Assembly: GCF_020745735.1 (NCBI RefSeq)
Contig: NC_083409.1
Coordinates: 11,072,978 to 11,136,977 of the forward strand
Reading direction: 5' to 3'
DNA from: Hemiscyllium ocellatum
Lineage: Eukaryota
Length of the DNA stretch: 64,000 bases
The translations under genes were made by a program, and so were the position numbers. Positions 22,371 through 33,699 of this stretch are shown here, one piece after another. The first letter of the stretch is position 1; every line of letters begins with the position of its first letter. The notes beneath the pieces are model-generated. The model was given only the letters and a program-made list of their open reading frames with translations, searched no databases and was not told where the DNA came from.

Positions 22371-25269
22371 GGGAACATTTTAGACAAGACATCTTGTCGC
22401 CAGCAGGTTACTGCACCTTGATCCAGTTCATACAGAAGGAGAAAAAGGACAATGTGCAGATTGTTGAACAGGCCCCTACACCTGGGCCTGAGGCAGGAGC
22501 CCAATCTCCAACACACTGGCCTCACTTCACACCAACCTTCACACAGTGCGGGGTCATGAACTCCGGCCATCAATTCCTCTGGGACTGGGACAGAGTGAGG
22601 GAACAGGGACAATTGTAGAAAAGTCAATAAGGAGTAAAGCAAGATGTAAAGAGTATGTTGGAAAGTGTTTGAAGGAGGAAACATACTTTGCGATACCCAA
22701 TACTGACATAGTCCACTTGTACCACTTAATGAACAAAACAACACAATCTGAAGACAAAGTTACACTAATGTACTTCTTTTTGATATATCATATCATGCAG
22801 GGCATTTTCATTGTGGTGCGATAAGTATGCTGGTCCAAAAAGCTGTTCTTTCTTTCTCTCCTCGTTGCTATAGATGGAACCGGTTAGATCCTCGCAGAGC
22901 CCCAGTTTATTTGTACCTTTCAGTAATGTGGGGGTACCGATGGTGGACTGGGGAACACCTGATGAAGGAACAGCGCTTGTGATTTCAAGTGAACCTGTTG
23001 GGCTTGAACCTGGTGTTGTGTGCCTTCTGACTTTGTTTTGTTTGGAACAGTGAAACAGCTGTCTTGTCATAACTATAGAGAGTGTCTACTTCAACTGAGG
23101 ATTATGGGTAATGACTCCTTCCATTAGCCACGAACAAACCCACAGTCAGTCCAGTGGGAACGACCTGTCTGTTGCTTCCCAGATATTACATGGTTCAACA
23201 CCACGCTCTCCAGGACAATTAGGGAAGGGCAACCAAATTCCGATACGTCAATGCCCGCCCCATCCCAGAAGAAGTAAAAATAAATGGTATATAATTCCAA
23301 TGATGAAATTGCTGAGGCTTGAATTCAACTCTTTGAAACACTGGACACTCGGCCTGACAGAGCCAAGGCATGGGTGAACCTGGTTTGTCAGACTGAAACG
23401 TGAAGCTTCCTTCGGATTGATTCTGGGATCAGCAAAAATTGAATTATACTCAAGGTCTAACAAACGGCTGTCAAAGCGTGTCCCAAACTGCACAGAACAG
23501 CACTTGAGGCTTCACGTCCCCATCTCCATCCTAGCTTGTTGCCCTTCCCTAATTGTCCTGCAGAGGGCAGTGGTGAGCCATGAGTGTCTCGAAGAGGATC
23601 TGACAGAGGGACAAGGCCATGTCCTCGGCCTGAGCACAACTGCCTGACCTGCTGTGCTTTTCCAGCAACACACTTTTTGACTCCGAGCACAACTATCCCT
23701 CAGCAGAATGAGCTGTGGCACAAGAGGAAATGTGGGAGTGTTGGAAAGGCACAGGCAGCCTGGTCAGCCTGCAGAGGGGCAGAAACAGATTTGATGAATG
23801 AGCTGATATCCTCCCGAGCTGAGATGCAGACTCAGGCTTTCAGAGCCACACAGTTTACATTGTTACTGACCGTGGCTCCATGGGCAATGCTCCTGCCTCA
23901 TAGTCAAAATGGTCATCAGATTGAAAGCCACCTCAGAAATGAGAGAACAGACTCCAGGCTGAGACTGTGGTGCACTGCTGAAAGTTGCGCAGTCTGTGGC
24001 ACCATCATTTGAGGCTCCACCACCACTACACCCCGACCACTCCCACCCCCACCTCGGGGGCTCGGCAAGATCTCATTCTGTTGTCCTGCTCAACATTCAA
24101 CCAGTGCCACCAAAACAGATTTGTCTCGTCATTCGTTTCCTGTCTGTGGGACCTCACCATCTTGTCTGTGAACGTGACTGCTCTCTGCTCACAGCTTTGA
24201 ATATTCTGAGACAACGAAAAAAAAACTGCACCAAGAGTTCTTTCCTCATTTTCAAGTAAAAGAGGAGCAGTTATTCAAGTGAAAATGCACACTGAACGCA
24301 AACACTGAAACTTCAGATGAAAGGCTTTTTACACCATGTTATCCTGCTCCCATTTCCTTCCAATGTCCGAGATGGTTATCAGGCTGGGATGGAGGCTGAC
24401 GGATCACATGGAGTCCTTCAGACAAGGTTCACAAGGGCACAGTCCAGGCTTGCTGCAAACATTGGCCTTACTTCCATTGAAGGGCTGGGAGCTTCTCTAT
24501 GGCGGTTTCTAGTGTACATCCTCTGTGGAAATATCACAGACTTTACTGAAATGGAAATAATTGATAGAGGAGAAGGAAATGGGAAGAATTAACCAGACAA
24601 GGGCGAGCATGAAGAGAGGTGGGAATGTGTGGAAGATTCAGTGCCATTAAAAAAATCCCAACTGGGTTTCACAAGAAAAGCTCTAATTGTTATTCAGATA
24701 TAACTGGGAGCATACTCACTGACATAAACAGGCTGAGTGTCAGAGACCCCGAGCCTCCGGTGCCTGATTCTCTCTGAGGCATTACAGTCAAGGACTGTTC
24801 ATGTGTCAATGAAGGGAGACTTGGTGACATTATAATTAATGAAGGGGGGTATAGATGAAAGGTAAATGGCTGAAGGTTAAGAGGGAACATAAGGAAACAT
24901 ATTTTCACCCAGAGGGTGGTAGCAGTCTGGGACTCACTGCCTGTAAAGGTGGTTGAGGCAGAAGCTTTCCCATAACATTATTTTACTGTGCAGCTGTGAT
25001 GCCAAGGCATACAGGGCTACGGGCCAAGTGCTGGAACATGGAATTAGAATAGTGAGGTGGTTGTTTTGACTGGCTTTGGCTCATTGGGCTGAAGGGCCTT
25101 GTTCTTGTAGACCTGTTGTAGATGTCTGACTCTGCCAGGACTCCAGCAATATGGCTGACCCTTACCTGGCAGTTAAAAGGCTGAGCAAGCCACTCAGTTT
25201 CAGGGGAGTTAGGGATGAAGAATAAATGCTGGTCTTGCCAGTGACACCCACATCCCAGGAAAGAATAGA

Positions 25270-25500
25270 CAGCCTCAGTGATAACACCGTCACCTGAACC
25301 TGCAGGTTTCAAGCCCCACTCCAGACACTGGAGCACTATCCTGAGGCTGGCAAAGGCAAAGACGCCATCTGCTGGATGATCGGTTAAACCACTGCCCTCT
25401 CAGGTCGATGTGAATAAAAGGGTTTTGTGACCATCTCAGGGAAAATCTCCCCAGTGTGCTGACCAATGCTTCTCTTATAACCAATGGCATTAAAACAGAT
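25270..25500 (+). mobile_element. Probable DeuSINE-family fragment
   Basis: GGTTTCAAGCCCCACTCCAGA...GTTAAACC..TGCCCTCTCAGGT..TCTCCCCAGTGTGCTGACCAAT resembles the Deu domain as recalled. Confidence 0.45.
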
Positions 25501-27169
25501 ACAAAAACAAAATACTGTAAATCTCAAATAGAAGCGCGATGCTAGAGAAAGGGAACAGGTGCAGCCTCTGTGGGAGTGGAGGAGTTAAGTTTTTGGGTTC
25601 AGTGATGTTTTATCAAAAAGGCAGCAACATTTTATTTTATTTCATTTTAGGTTATTTTATATTATTTTATTTACATTTTGTTGATCAATGTTTAGCCCAC
25701 TTGACTGGCACCACACCCACAAACATCCATTCCCTCCACACCAACATTCAGTAATATCTCTGTGTACTATTTACAAGATGCACTGCAGAAATTCACCAAA
25801 AATCCTGAGACGACATCTTCCACACCCATGACATCTTGAAACAAGAAGGACAAGGGCAACAGATGCATGGTAACATCACCTCGGCAATATCCTTTCCAAG
25901 CCATTCACCAGTTTGAATTGGAAATATAGTCACTGGGTAAGAATCCTGGAATTGCCTTCTGAAAGGCATTGTGGGTTTACCAACAGCTCACAGTCTGCAG
26001 GAGTTCAAGAAGGCAGTTCAGCACCATGGACAGTAAAAAGGCTGGTCAAAGTAAGAGTAGGTGTGCTTTGGGACCAGAAAGTGAGACTGTGATGTTTCAG
26101 TTATTCCTGGACATTGGTGTGACCACATCTCAACTATTGTGTGTAGTTTTGGTCTCCTTATTGAAGGAAGAATATAAATGCATTGGAGGTGGTTCAGAGG
26201 AGTTTTACCCAATTGATCCCTGGAATGAGTAGGGTGTGTGATGAGGAAGGATTGGAAAGACTGGCCTTGTTCTTACTGGAGTTCTGAAGAGTGAGGGGTT
26301 TTCCTGTCCCACTGTATTCTCCAAATCCTTATCTGCCTCTTTCATGCGTCATACCCTCCTGCCCCTTACTACGCGAGGAATTGAACTGTTTAGTCTTGAG
26401 GCCTATAACTTCCTTCTGGAACAAAGTTTCCAGGTATCTCCGGCACTCCCTGATGTATCACTGCTATTTCAATTCAGCCTTCATTCCAAACTCCCTGAGT
26501 GGGAGCTCCTGTAGTTTTATTCAATGCAGATGTATTTAACCTGAATCACTGCAATGCAATAAAGAAATGTTGATCTCACTTACAAATGAAAAATATCCAT
26601 TCCTTCATTAGAGCAGTAATTGTCTTCAGTCTCCGTTTTGGAGTTTCAGTACTTTCCATTTATAAACCTTCCCTAATGGACATGTCCTGAAGCAGTCTAT
26701 TTATACAGCCCCTCAAACTAAACAAATTCCAGATTCCTATTTTCTTGTTTACCATTTTGGTTCAATCAAACCAAGTGCATGTGCAGGCTCCCACGAACTA
26801 AAATGACAGTTCCAAATCAGTTTGGAAAAGCAAAGATAGACCTCCTTCCCCGAGTTCACCGAATCCCACACTGACCAAACGTCCCAGTGTTCCCCTCTGT
26901 GCTGGCTGCACTCAGTGCGAGCTGCAGTATATAGGCTGTTCTGTATTTATATTGTTTCTGATTTATATCACTCCATTCTGTTGTGCTGTTGTTCAGGATA
27001 TGGGTTAAGCTCACTCATTTCTCAATTGAAAGCTTCCTTCTTTCAGCCTGAGAGAGACTTTACATTTGCAACCAACAAATGTGACTTCAATGCTGGAATC
27101 TGTTTTCAGGATTGATGGTCTCGATGATTTGTTTCAGTGAAATAACCTCGTCTAATCTCTTCAACGGTC

Positions 27170-27570
27170 AACATTTCAGGTGTTACTCTTCTTCAGGAAG
27201 AGGGGATAGGTGTCAGGGGAGTTGCAGATAAAGGAGTGTGTGAGAGCAAGGTGGTGAGGTGGGGATGGGTTGAGAAAGGTAGAGAGTATGACTTGATTGG
27301 TCGATGGGAGAGATGAATCCAGAATCATCCCTCCCCTCGACCAACCAGATTCTACCCTTTACCTGTCTCCACCTATCGCCACCGAACCACACTGCCCCTG
27401 CCACTCCCTTCATCTGCAGCTCCCCCAACACCCACCCACCCCATCTCCTGAACATGGGTTACACTCAAAACATTAACATCTCCACCTCCTGATGCTGCCT
27501 GGCTTGCTGTGTTCTCCCAGTCTCCTGCTTGTCAACCTTGGATTATAGCATTTGCAGGTTTTATTTGTCC
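27170..27570. mobile_element. Penelope-like pLTR remnant with inverted arrangement
   Basis: A G-rich left part mirrors a C-rich right part, ending in GATGCTGCCTGGCTTGCTGTGTTCTCCCAG, similar to the other PLE tails in the window. Confidence 0.45.
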
Positions 27571-29293
27571 CTAATCTCTTCAGGGGCCAGGATTAGTCTG
27601 AGGAGATTGGGCTTTGATGGAACTACCCACAGACTGAAGTAAAAAGAAGCAAAGCAAGAAAGGCAAGTGGATCAAATTCGAGAGAGCAAATTGTGAGCAA
27701 AAAGTAATTATTACCAGTTTAGCAATTGCAAAGGAGAGAGTGACAACATTGAATTGCTTCTGGTGTCATCCTCTGTGCCCTAACATTTCACAGAGCATGC
27801 TCCACATGCTTCCGTTGGCTTTGTCATTGAGAGGCAACATTTTCCTTCCCACAACCTTTTTTAAGATGTCCTGTTCCAGGGAATTTTGGGCAGAGAATAC
27901 TTCGCCTTTTCTGGGAAAGATAGAGAAATACAGGATGTGAAGGAGCAGTTTCTCTGCCTTCAGGGTCTGACAGAAGGATGTGTGTAGTCTGTGGACTCTG
28001 GAGATAGATCACTGAGATATCCTTCACTCCCATCAACACCTGACTTTATAATGAAGAATAGAAACTGATGTCAGAATAAAGTGCCTCCACCAGTTTCAGA
28101 CTAGACATTTCACACCCAGCCCCCATTTCCTCACATTGGAATCAAGAACCAAACTTGCCCCATCTCAGGATTGTCCTCTGAATGTGGTGTCAGTGTGCTA
28201 ATGCTGTGTTTGAATGAAAGAGCCACAGTGGAATCTGGGACTGAATCCAAGGGGTTTCTGAGCCACCAGCAGCCTCCCCGCTGTGTGAGGGTCTGTTTGG
28301 ATAAGATTTCAGCCCCATAGGTTCCCACTGATACGAGAACCATGGAGTGAGATTGCTGGAGCCACATGTGGACTGTCGAACACAACAGTCAGGACAATGA
28401 GCTGTTCTGGAATCCACCCTGAGCCCTCGATGACCCTCACTGAGATGGCCCAGGGGCTACAGAATATGACAGCAGAGAGTGGAAGCAGTGTATCATTGAC
28501 TGTCCTCCCCAGCCATGACTCCTTGACACCCACCGGACTGAACATTCTCCATCTGACTCCAGGGACACACAGGACAATTCCATCACATTTTAAGAGTAAA
28601 GAAAACACAGGTCTAATTTATGGAATATTTATTTCCCAAACCCTGTGGAATTGTTATTCTGAGTAACAAGATCCTGCTGTTCATATTCATCAATACATGC
28701 TTCCTAGTGGCTCTGGCCATTTCCAACTCACACACGAGACAGAGACTGAATCTTCTTCATCTTTATTCCCTTTTCCAGACTGACATTGACAGAGAACAGA
28801 CTGTAATTAACAGCCCAGACAGAGGAAGTTGCACAAATTCACAGCCACAATGGAGCTTGAGGAAAACACTTGTGGAGATTTTCTCAATAACATGAGAATC
28901 CTGTCCCTTTAAACAGTGACAAAACCTTAAATTGGAACTGGCGGCTGAGCAGGAAGGAGATCTGGTTTACTGAAACAGAGACTTCTGAGGTTCACATTGT
29001 TTTGTACAGCTGACAGTTTTCAGCATCTTCGAGAGGTTTGACTTGGCATCACAAGTCATCACTGTCCCAATCAAACACTCCCAGAACAGGGTCAGCATGG
29101 GGTATGATACAGAGTAAAGCTTATTTTTGATTACCCCAATGACCTGCCTTAACCCTTGAACCTCAGAAGTGTCTCTGAGCCAGTCCCGAGAAGGAAGAGA
29201 GTTGAAATTCAGTGCTGACAATGACTTTTGTCCTGCCAGCTCAGCGCTGTTCTATTTAAAGTTGTGTCTCCTCTGTGGACTGTCTCCAACACT

Positions 29294-29623
29294 CTACACA
29301 CATTCTGATCTGCTGATTCTCTTGCTGAGGGGATAGGTGAGGATCACGTGGGTGAGGGCACAGGAGAAGCGAGCGTTGGACTCCCAGTCAGACCCAGAGA
29401 GGGTCAGCAGGCTGCTGACACTGTAGGTGCTGTCCGAAGCTCGCAGGTAGTTGCTAGTCTGAACCCCGTCCGAAATGACTACACCATCCTTCTTCCACTG
29501 CACCTCCAGCTCATCGGGATAGAAGTGATTGGCAAGGCACACCAGGGTGGCAGTGCCCTTGGCATTGACCTGTTCCGGGGAGGGGGGCAGCAGGGTCAGC
29601 TTGCGGCAGAGAGTTGTTACGGC
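29294..29623 (-). CDS. IGKC: Ig light-chain kappa (type III/NS4-like) constant exon; 5' end out of phase with J (possible pseudogene or assembly indel)
   Basis: KLTLLPPSPEQVNAKGTATLVCLANHFYPDELEVQWKKDG...YSVSSLLTLSGSDWESNARFSCALTH...SRSECV*. Both domain Cys, the Trp and the terminal inter-chain Cys are present. Acceptor TTTCAG at 29625-29624. Confidence 0.93.
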   Translation of the reverse strand, partial: AVTTLCRKLTLLPPSPEQVNAKGTATLVCLANHFYPDELEVQWKKDGVVISDGVQTSNYLRASDSTYSVSSLLTLSGSDWESNARFSCALTHVILTYPLSKRISRSECV

Positions 29624-30869
29624 CTGAAAGACAAGAGAAACAATTTTAATCCCTGCCATTTGAAGGGATTTCAACTCTGAACATTCACTGGCAAAAGAAT
29701 CCATTTGAACATTTGTATCCAATACCTAACAAGCCCCATAAAAGGACAGGGACTTTTAAAATTGCTTCTTGGAATGTGAGTGTTACTGGAAGGGCCAGCA
29801 TTTATTGCCCATCCCTAATCGCCGCTGAGAAAGTGATAGTGAAAGAGAAGGGACAGTTTTGGACCATCATTTATGGAATGAATGTGGGCAGCTGGAAGGG
29901 CTATCAATGGGGAAGCATTTCAGTGACAGTGATCAGAACTCAGTGAGATTGAGAGTAGGGATGGAAATGGAGAAACATGGAACAAGTGTAAAAGTTTTCA
30001 TTTAGAAACAAAGCCATTTTACTAAACAGGTCAGGGATTGGGTAAAAGTGGGCTGAAAGACAAAATGCAGGGGTGAGATTTACCAGGACATGAGGAAAGC
30101 AAAGAGCTGACAGGATGAAATGTGTCCAAATGAAGTCAGTGAAATCCCAGTGATGTTTTCTAGTCATAGAAAGAACAAGAGAATAAAGGAATGTATGAGG
30201 CCCATTCGAGAGCAGGAAGGGAACTTGTGTGTGGGGGTGGGAGATGGAGCAATGTTTCCTCATGAAAACGTTCGGTCTGTTTTCACAAAAGAGAGGGACA
30301 AAGCAGGAACTGTAGTTCAGGAGGAGGACTGTGCAACATTGGAACGGCATCTTTCACATCTGAAAGACTCCCAGTTCATCCAAAGAAAAGAAAGATTCAT
30401 GCTGTCCCCAAGACATTTGCAGACAGTGTGGGACTGTTTGAAATATGGCCACTGTTGTAATGTAGGAAATGTGGAAGCCAGATTATACACAGCAAGATCC
30501 CACAAGTAACAATGAACCAAGGAACATTTTGAGTGGTTTGTTCAGGGATAAATATCAGCATGAATACGATTCAAAGAGAAAGTAACTGGAACAGTTGGAT
30601 GAGAAAATGAAAGTTAAAGGAGAAGGGAGGATTACTGGGTAGTGATGGGATTGATTGTTACCAGAAAATAAAAGGAAAGGGACAGAATATTGTGAATGTG
30701 ATATTGTACTAAGGAAACTTAAAAGTGCAGGGAAGCTCAATACTAGAACAAACTTAAAGGCTTTGTCTCTTAATACATGACCCATTCAGAATATGGTAGA
30801 CAAAGTGGTACCACACAAACCAAGGTAAATCAAGCTTCGAGGAATTTAAATTAATTAAAGAAGGTAGGG

Positions 30870-31405
30870 GCTCAGGGAACATCTCCGGGACACCCGCACT
30901 AATCAACCACACTGCCCTGTGGTCCAACATTTCAACTCCCACTCCCACTCTGCCAAGGACATGGAGGTCCTGGGCCTCTTTCACCGCTGCTCCCTTGCCA
31001 CCAGACGCCTGGAGGAAGGACGTCTCATCTTCCGTCTCAAAACACTTCAACTCCATGGCATCAATGTGGACTTGAACAGTTTCCTGATTTCCCCTTCCCC
31101 CACCTCACCCCAGTTCCAAACTTCCAGTTCAGTACTGTCCACATGACCTGTCCTACCTGCCTATCTTCTTTTCCACCTATCCACCTCCCCTCTCCCCTCT
31201 GAACTATCACCTTCATCCCCTCCCCCACTCACCAATTGTGCTCTATGCTACTTTCTCCCCACCCCCATCATCCTCTCATTTATCTCTCCACCCTTCAGGC
31301 ACTCTGCCCGTATTCCAGATGAAGGGCATTTACATGAAACATCGATTTTACTGCTTCTCGGACGCTGCTTGAACTGCTGTGTTTTTCCAGCACCACTCTA
31401 ATCTA
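30870..31405 (+). mobile_element. Penelope-like element (Neptune-type) 3' fragment
   Basis: LREHLRDTRTNQPHCPVVQHFNS..H...LIFRLKTLQLHGIN GIY-YIG C-terminus, then a pLTR with degenerate hammerhead-like CAGATGAAGGGC..GAAACATC. Confidence 0.75.
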
Positions 31406-31999
31406 AACCCTTGCTATTGAGGCAGTCCAGCGGAGGTTCACCAGACTGATTCCCGGGACGGCAGGACTGACATATGAGGAAAGACTGGATCGACTGGGCT
31501 TGTACTCTCTGGGATTCAGACGAATGAGAGGAATCTCACAGAAACATATAAAATCCTGATGGGATTTGACAGTGTCAATGCTGTAAGAATGTTCTTGATA
31601 TTAGAAAAGTCAAAAACTAGGGGTCACAGTCGAAGATTAAGGGTTAAGTTATTCAGATATTGTGAACCTGTGGAATCAATGGATAATGGGGGGGGGGGGC
31701 GGGTGGGAATGGGATAATGAGATTGCGTAATCAGCATTGATCATATTGAACGGTGGTGCAGGCTCGAAGGTTTGAATGGCCTATTCCTGCAGCTATTTTC
31801 TATGTTTCTAATGATAGGTAGATGTGTGAGGGTGGTGGGGATGTGTGTGGGAGGAGCAGGTTTACCCTGTCAGGAAGAACTGAAATTACATCGACAGCAA
31901 GAGGAAATATGGAGTTGGAAAGCATAGAATCTGTGTGAGTCAACTTAAGGACCCACAAAATAGCAAAGGGCCTGATGGGAATTATATACAAGCCTCCTT

Positions 32000-33545
32000 G
32001 CAATGGTTGGGATGTTGGGCAGTAAATAAATCAGGAGATAGAAAAGGCATGTAAGAAAGAGATTATTACGATAATCATGGGGACTGCAATATGCAGATGG
32101 ACTGGGAAAGCCAGGTTGGGAATGGATCTCAAGAAAAGGAATTCATAGAATGTCTGAGAGATACTTCTTTTTGGAAAAGCTTGTGGTAGGGCCACTAGGA
32201 AACAGGTAATTCCGGATTCGGTGATGTGTAATGAGGCAGCCCTGATGGGGGAGCTGAAAGTGAATGAACCCTGAGGGCACAGTGATCATAATATGATAGA
32301 ATTAACCCCACAGTTCGACAGGGAGAAGCTGGAATTCGATGTAATAATAGGAGTTAATGAGCAAGTTAGACAAAGGAGAACCAATGGACGTGATCTATTT
32401 GGGTTTCCAGAAGGCCTTTGACAAGTTGCCACACAGGAGGCTGCTAAATAACATAAAACCCCATGAGGTTTGGGGCCTTGTACTGACATGGGTAGAGAGA
32501 GTGGAAATAAATGGATCTTCTGCAGGATAGCAGCTGGGGCCTACTGCAGTTCAGCAGGGGGCAGTGTTGGGACCCCATGTAATAATTAATTATATATTAA
32601 CGATCTGGGAAAAGGAACTGAGGGCATTGTTGCTAAATTTGCTGATGACACAAAGATGAGGGGAGGGACAGGGAGAGTTGAGAAAGTAGGGAGGCTGCAG
32701 AAGGACTTGGAAAGGCTCAGAGAGTGGGCAAAGGAGTGACTGATGGAATATAATGTTATGCACTTATGGTATGAGATTATGCACTTAGGTTGGAAGAATA
32801 GAGGCTGAAACTGTTTTCTAAATGGGGAAATTTGAAATTCTGAAGCACAAAGGGACCTAAGAGTCCTCTTTCAGATTTCACTTAAGGTTAATATGTAGGT
32901 TCAGTTGGCAATTTGGAAGACAAATGCAATGTTAGCATTCATTTCACCTGAGTTAGAATACAAGAGCAGGTATGTCCTGCTGAGGCTGTATGAGACTCTG
33001 GCCAGACTGCATTTGGAATATTGTGAACAGTTTTGGGACCTGTATCTAAGGAGGGATGTGCTTTTATTAGAGGAGATCCAGAGAAGGTTTATAAGAATGA
33101 CCCTGGGGGTGACAGCCTGGTCTGATGAGGAGCGGTTGAGGACTCTGGATGTGTATTTGATGGAGTTCAGAAGGACATGGGGAGATCACATTGACACTTA
33201 GAGAACACTGAGAGGCCTGGATAGAGTGGGCGGGGAGAAGATGTTTCCACCAATAAGGGAAACATGGACCGGAGGGCACAGCCACAGAATTTAGGGATAA
33301 TCCATTAGGACTGAGATGAGGAGGAATTTCTTCTGTCAGAGGGTGGCTAATCTGTGGACCTCATTGTTGTGGAGGTGAAATCATTTCGTGTGTTTAGGAC
33401 AGACATTGCTAGGTTCCTGATTGGGAAGGCGATCAAACATAATGGGAAGAAGGCAGGAGAATGGTCGTGAGAAACACATCAGCCGTGACCATATGGCACA
33501 GCAGACTTGATGGGGTGAATGGCCTAATTCTGCTCTGTTATCATA
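32000..33545 (+). mobile_element. CR1 LINE, internally deleted, in the J-C intron
   Basis: QKAFDKLPH, KFADDTK and RLHLEYCEQFW motifs; CR1 3' end GGGTGAATGGCCTAATTCTGCTC. Confidence 0.85.
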
Positions 33546-33699
33546 TTGTCTTTTGAACAGACTCTCCCTGGAACACTGAAAGGACTGGATTTGAGCCCTG
33601 CTGGAGCTGTTTGTCATCAGAACTTTATCAAGAGAGAACCAAGGAGTGGTGAGACTGTGCACCCTGTTCCATGTGAGAACTTCAGAATGTGTCCCAGCT

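Noticed and set aside
28000-28620. Possible homology with 58780-59300 (minus strands) suggesting a gene-family exon
   Set aside because: Only short, patchy matches by eye (e.g. CAGCATT..ACTGACACC); not supportable without alignment.
29641-29722. N-terminal extension of the C ORF as a separate start
   Set aside because: It is intron sequence upstream of the TTTCAG acceptor.
29748-29760. Kappa-B enhancer site GGGACTTTTA near C
   Set aside because: It departs from GGGACTTTCC at key positions and lies beside a LINE tail.
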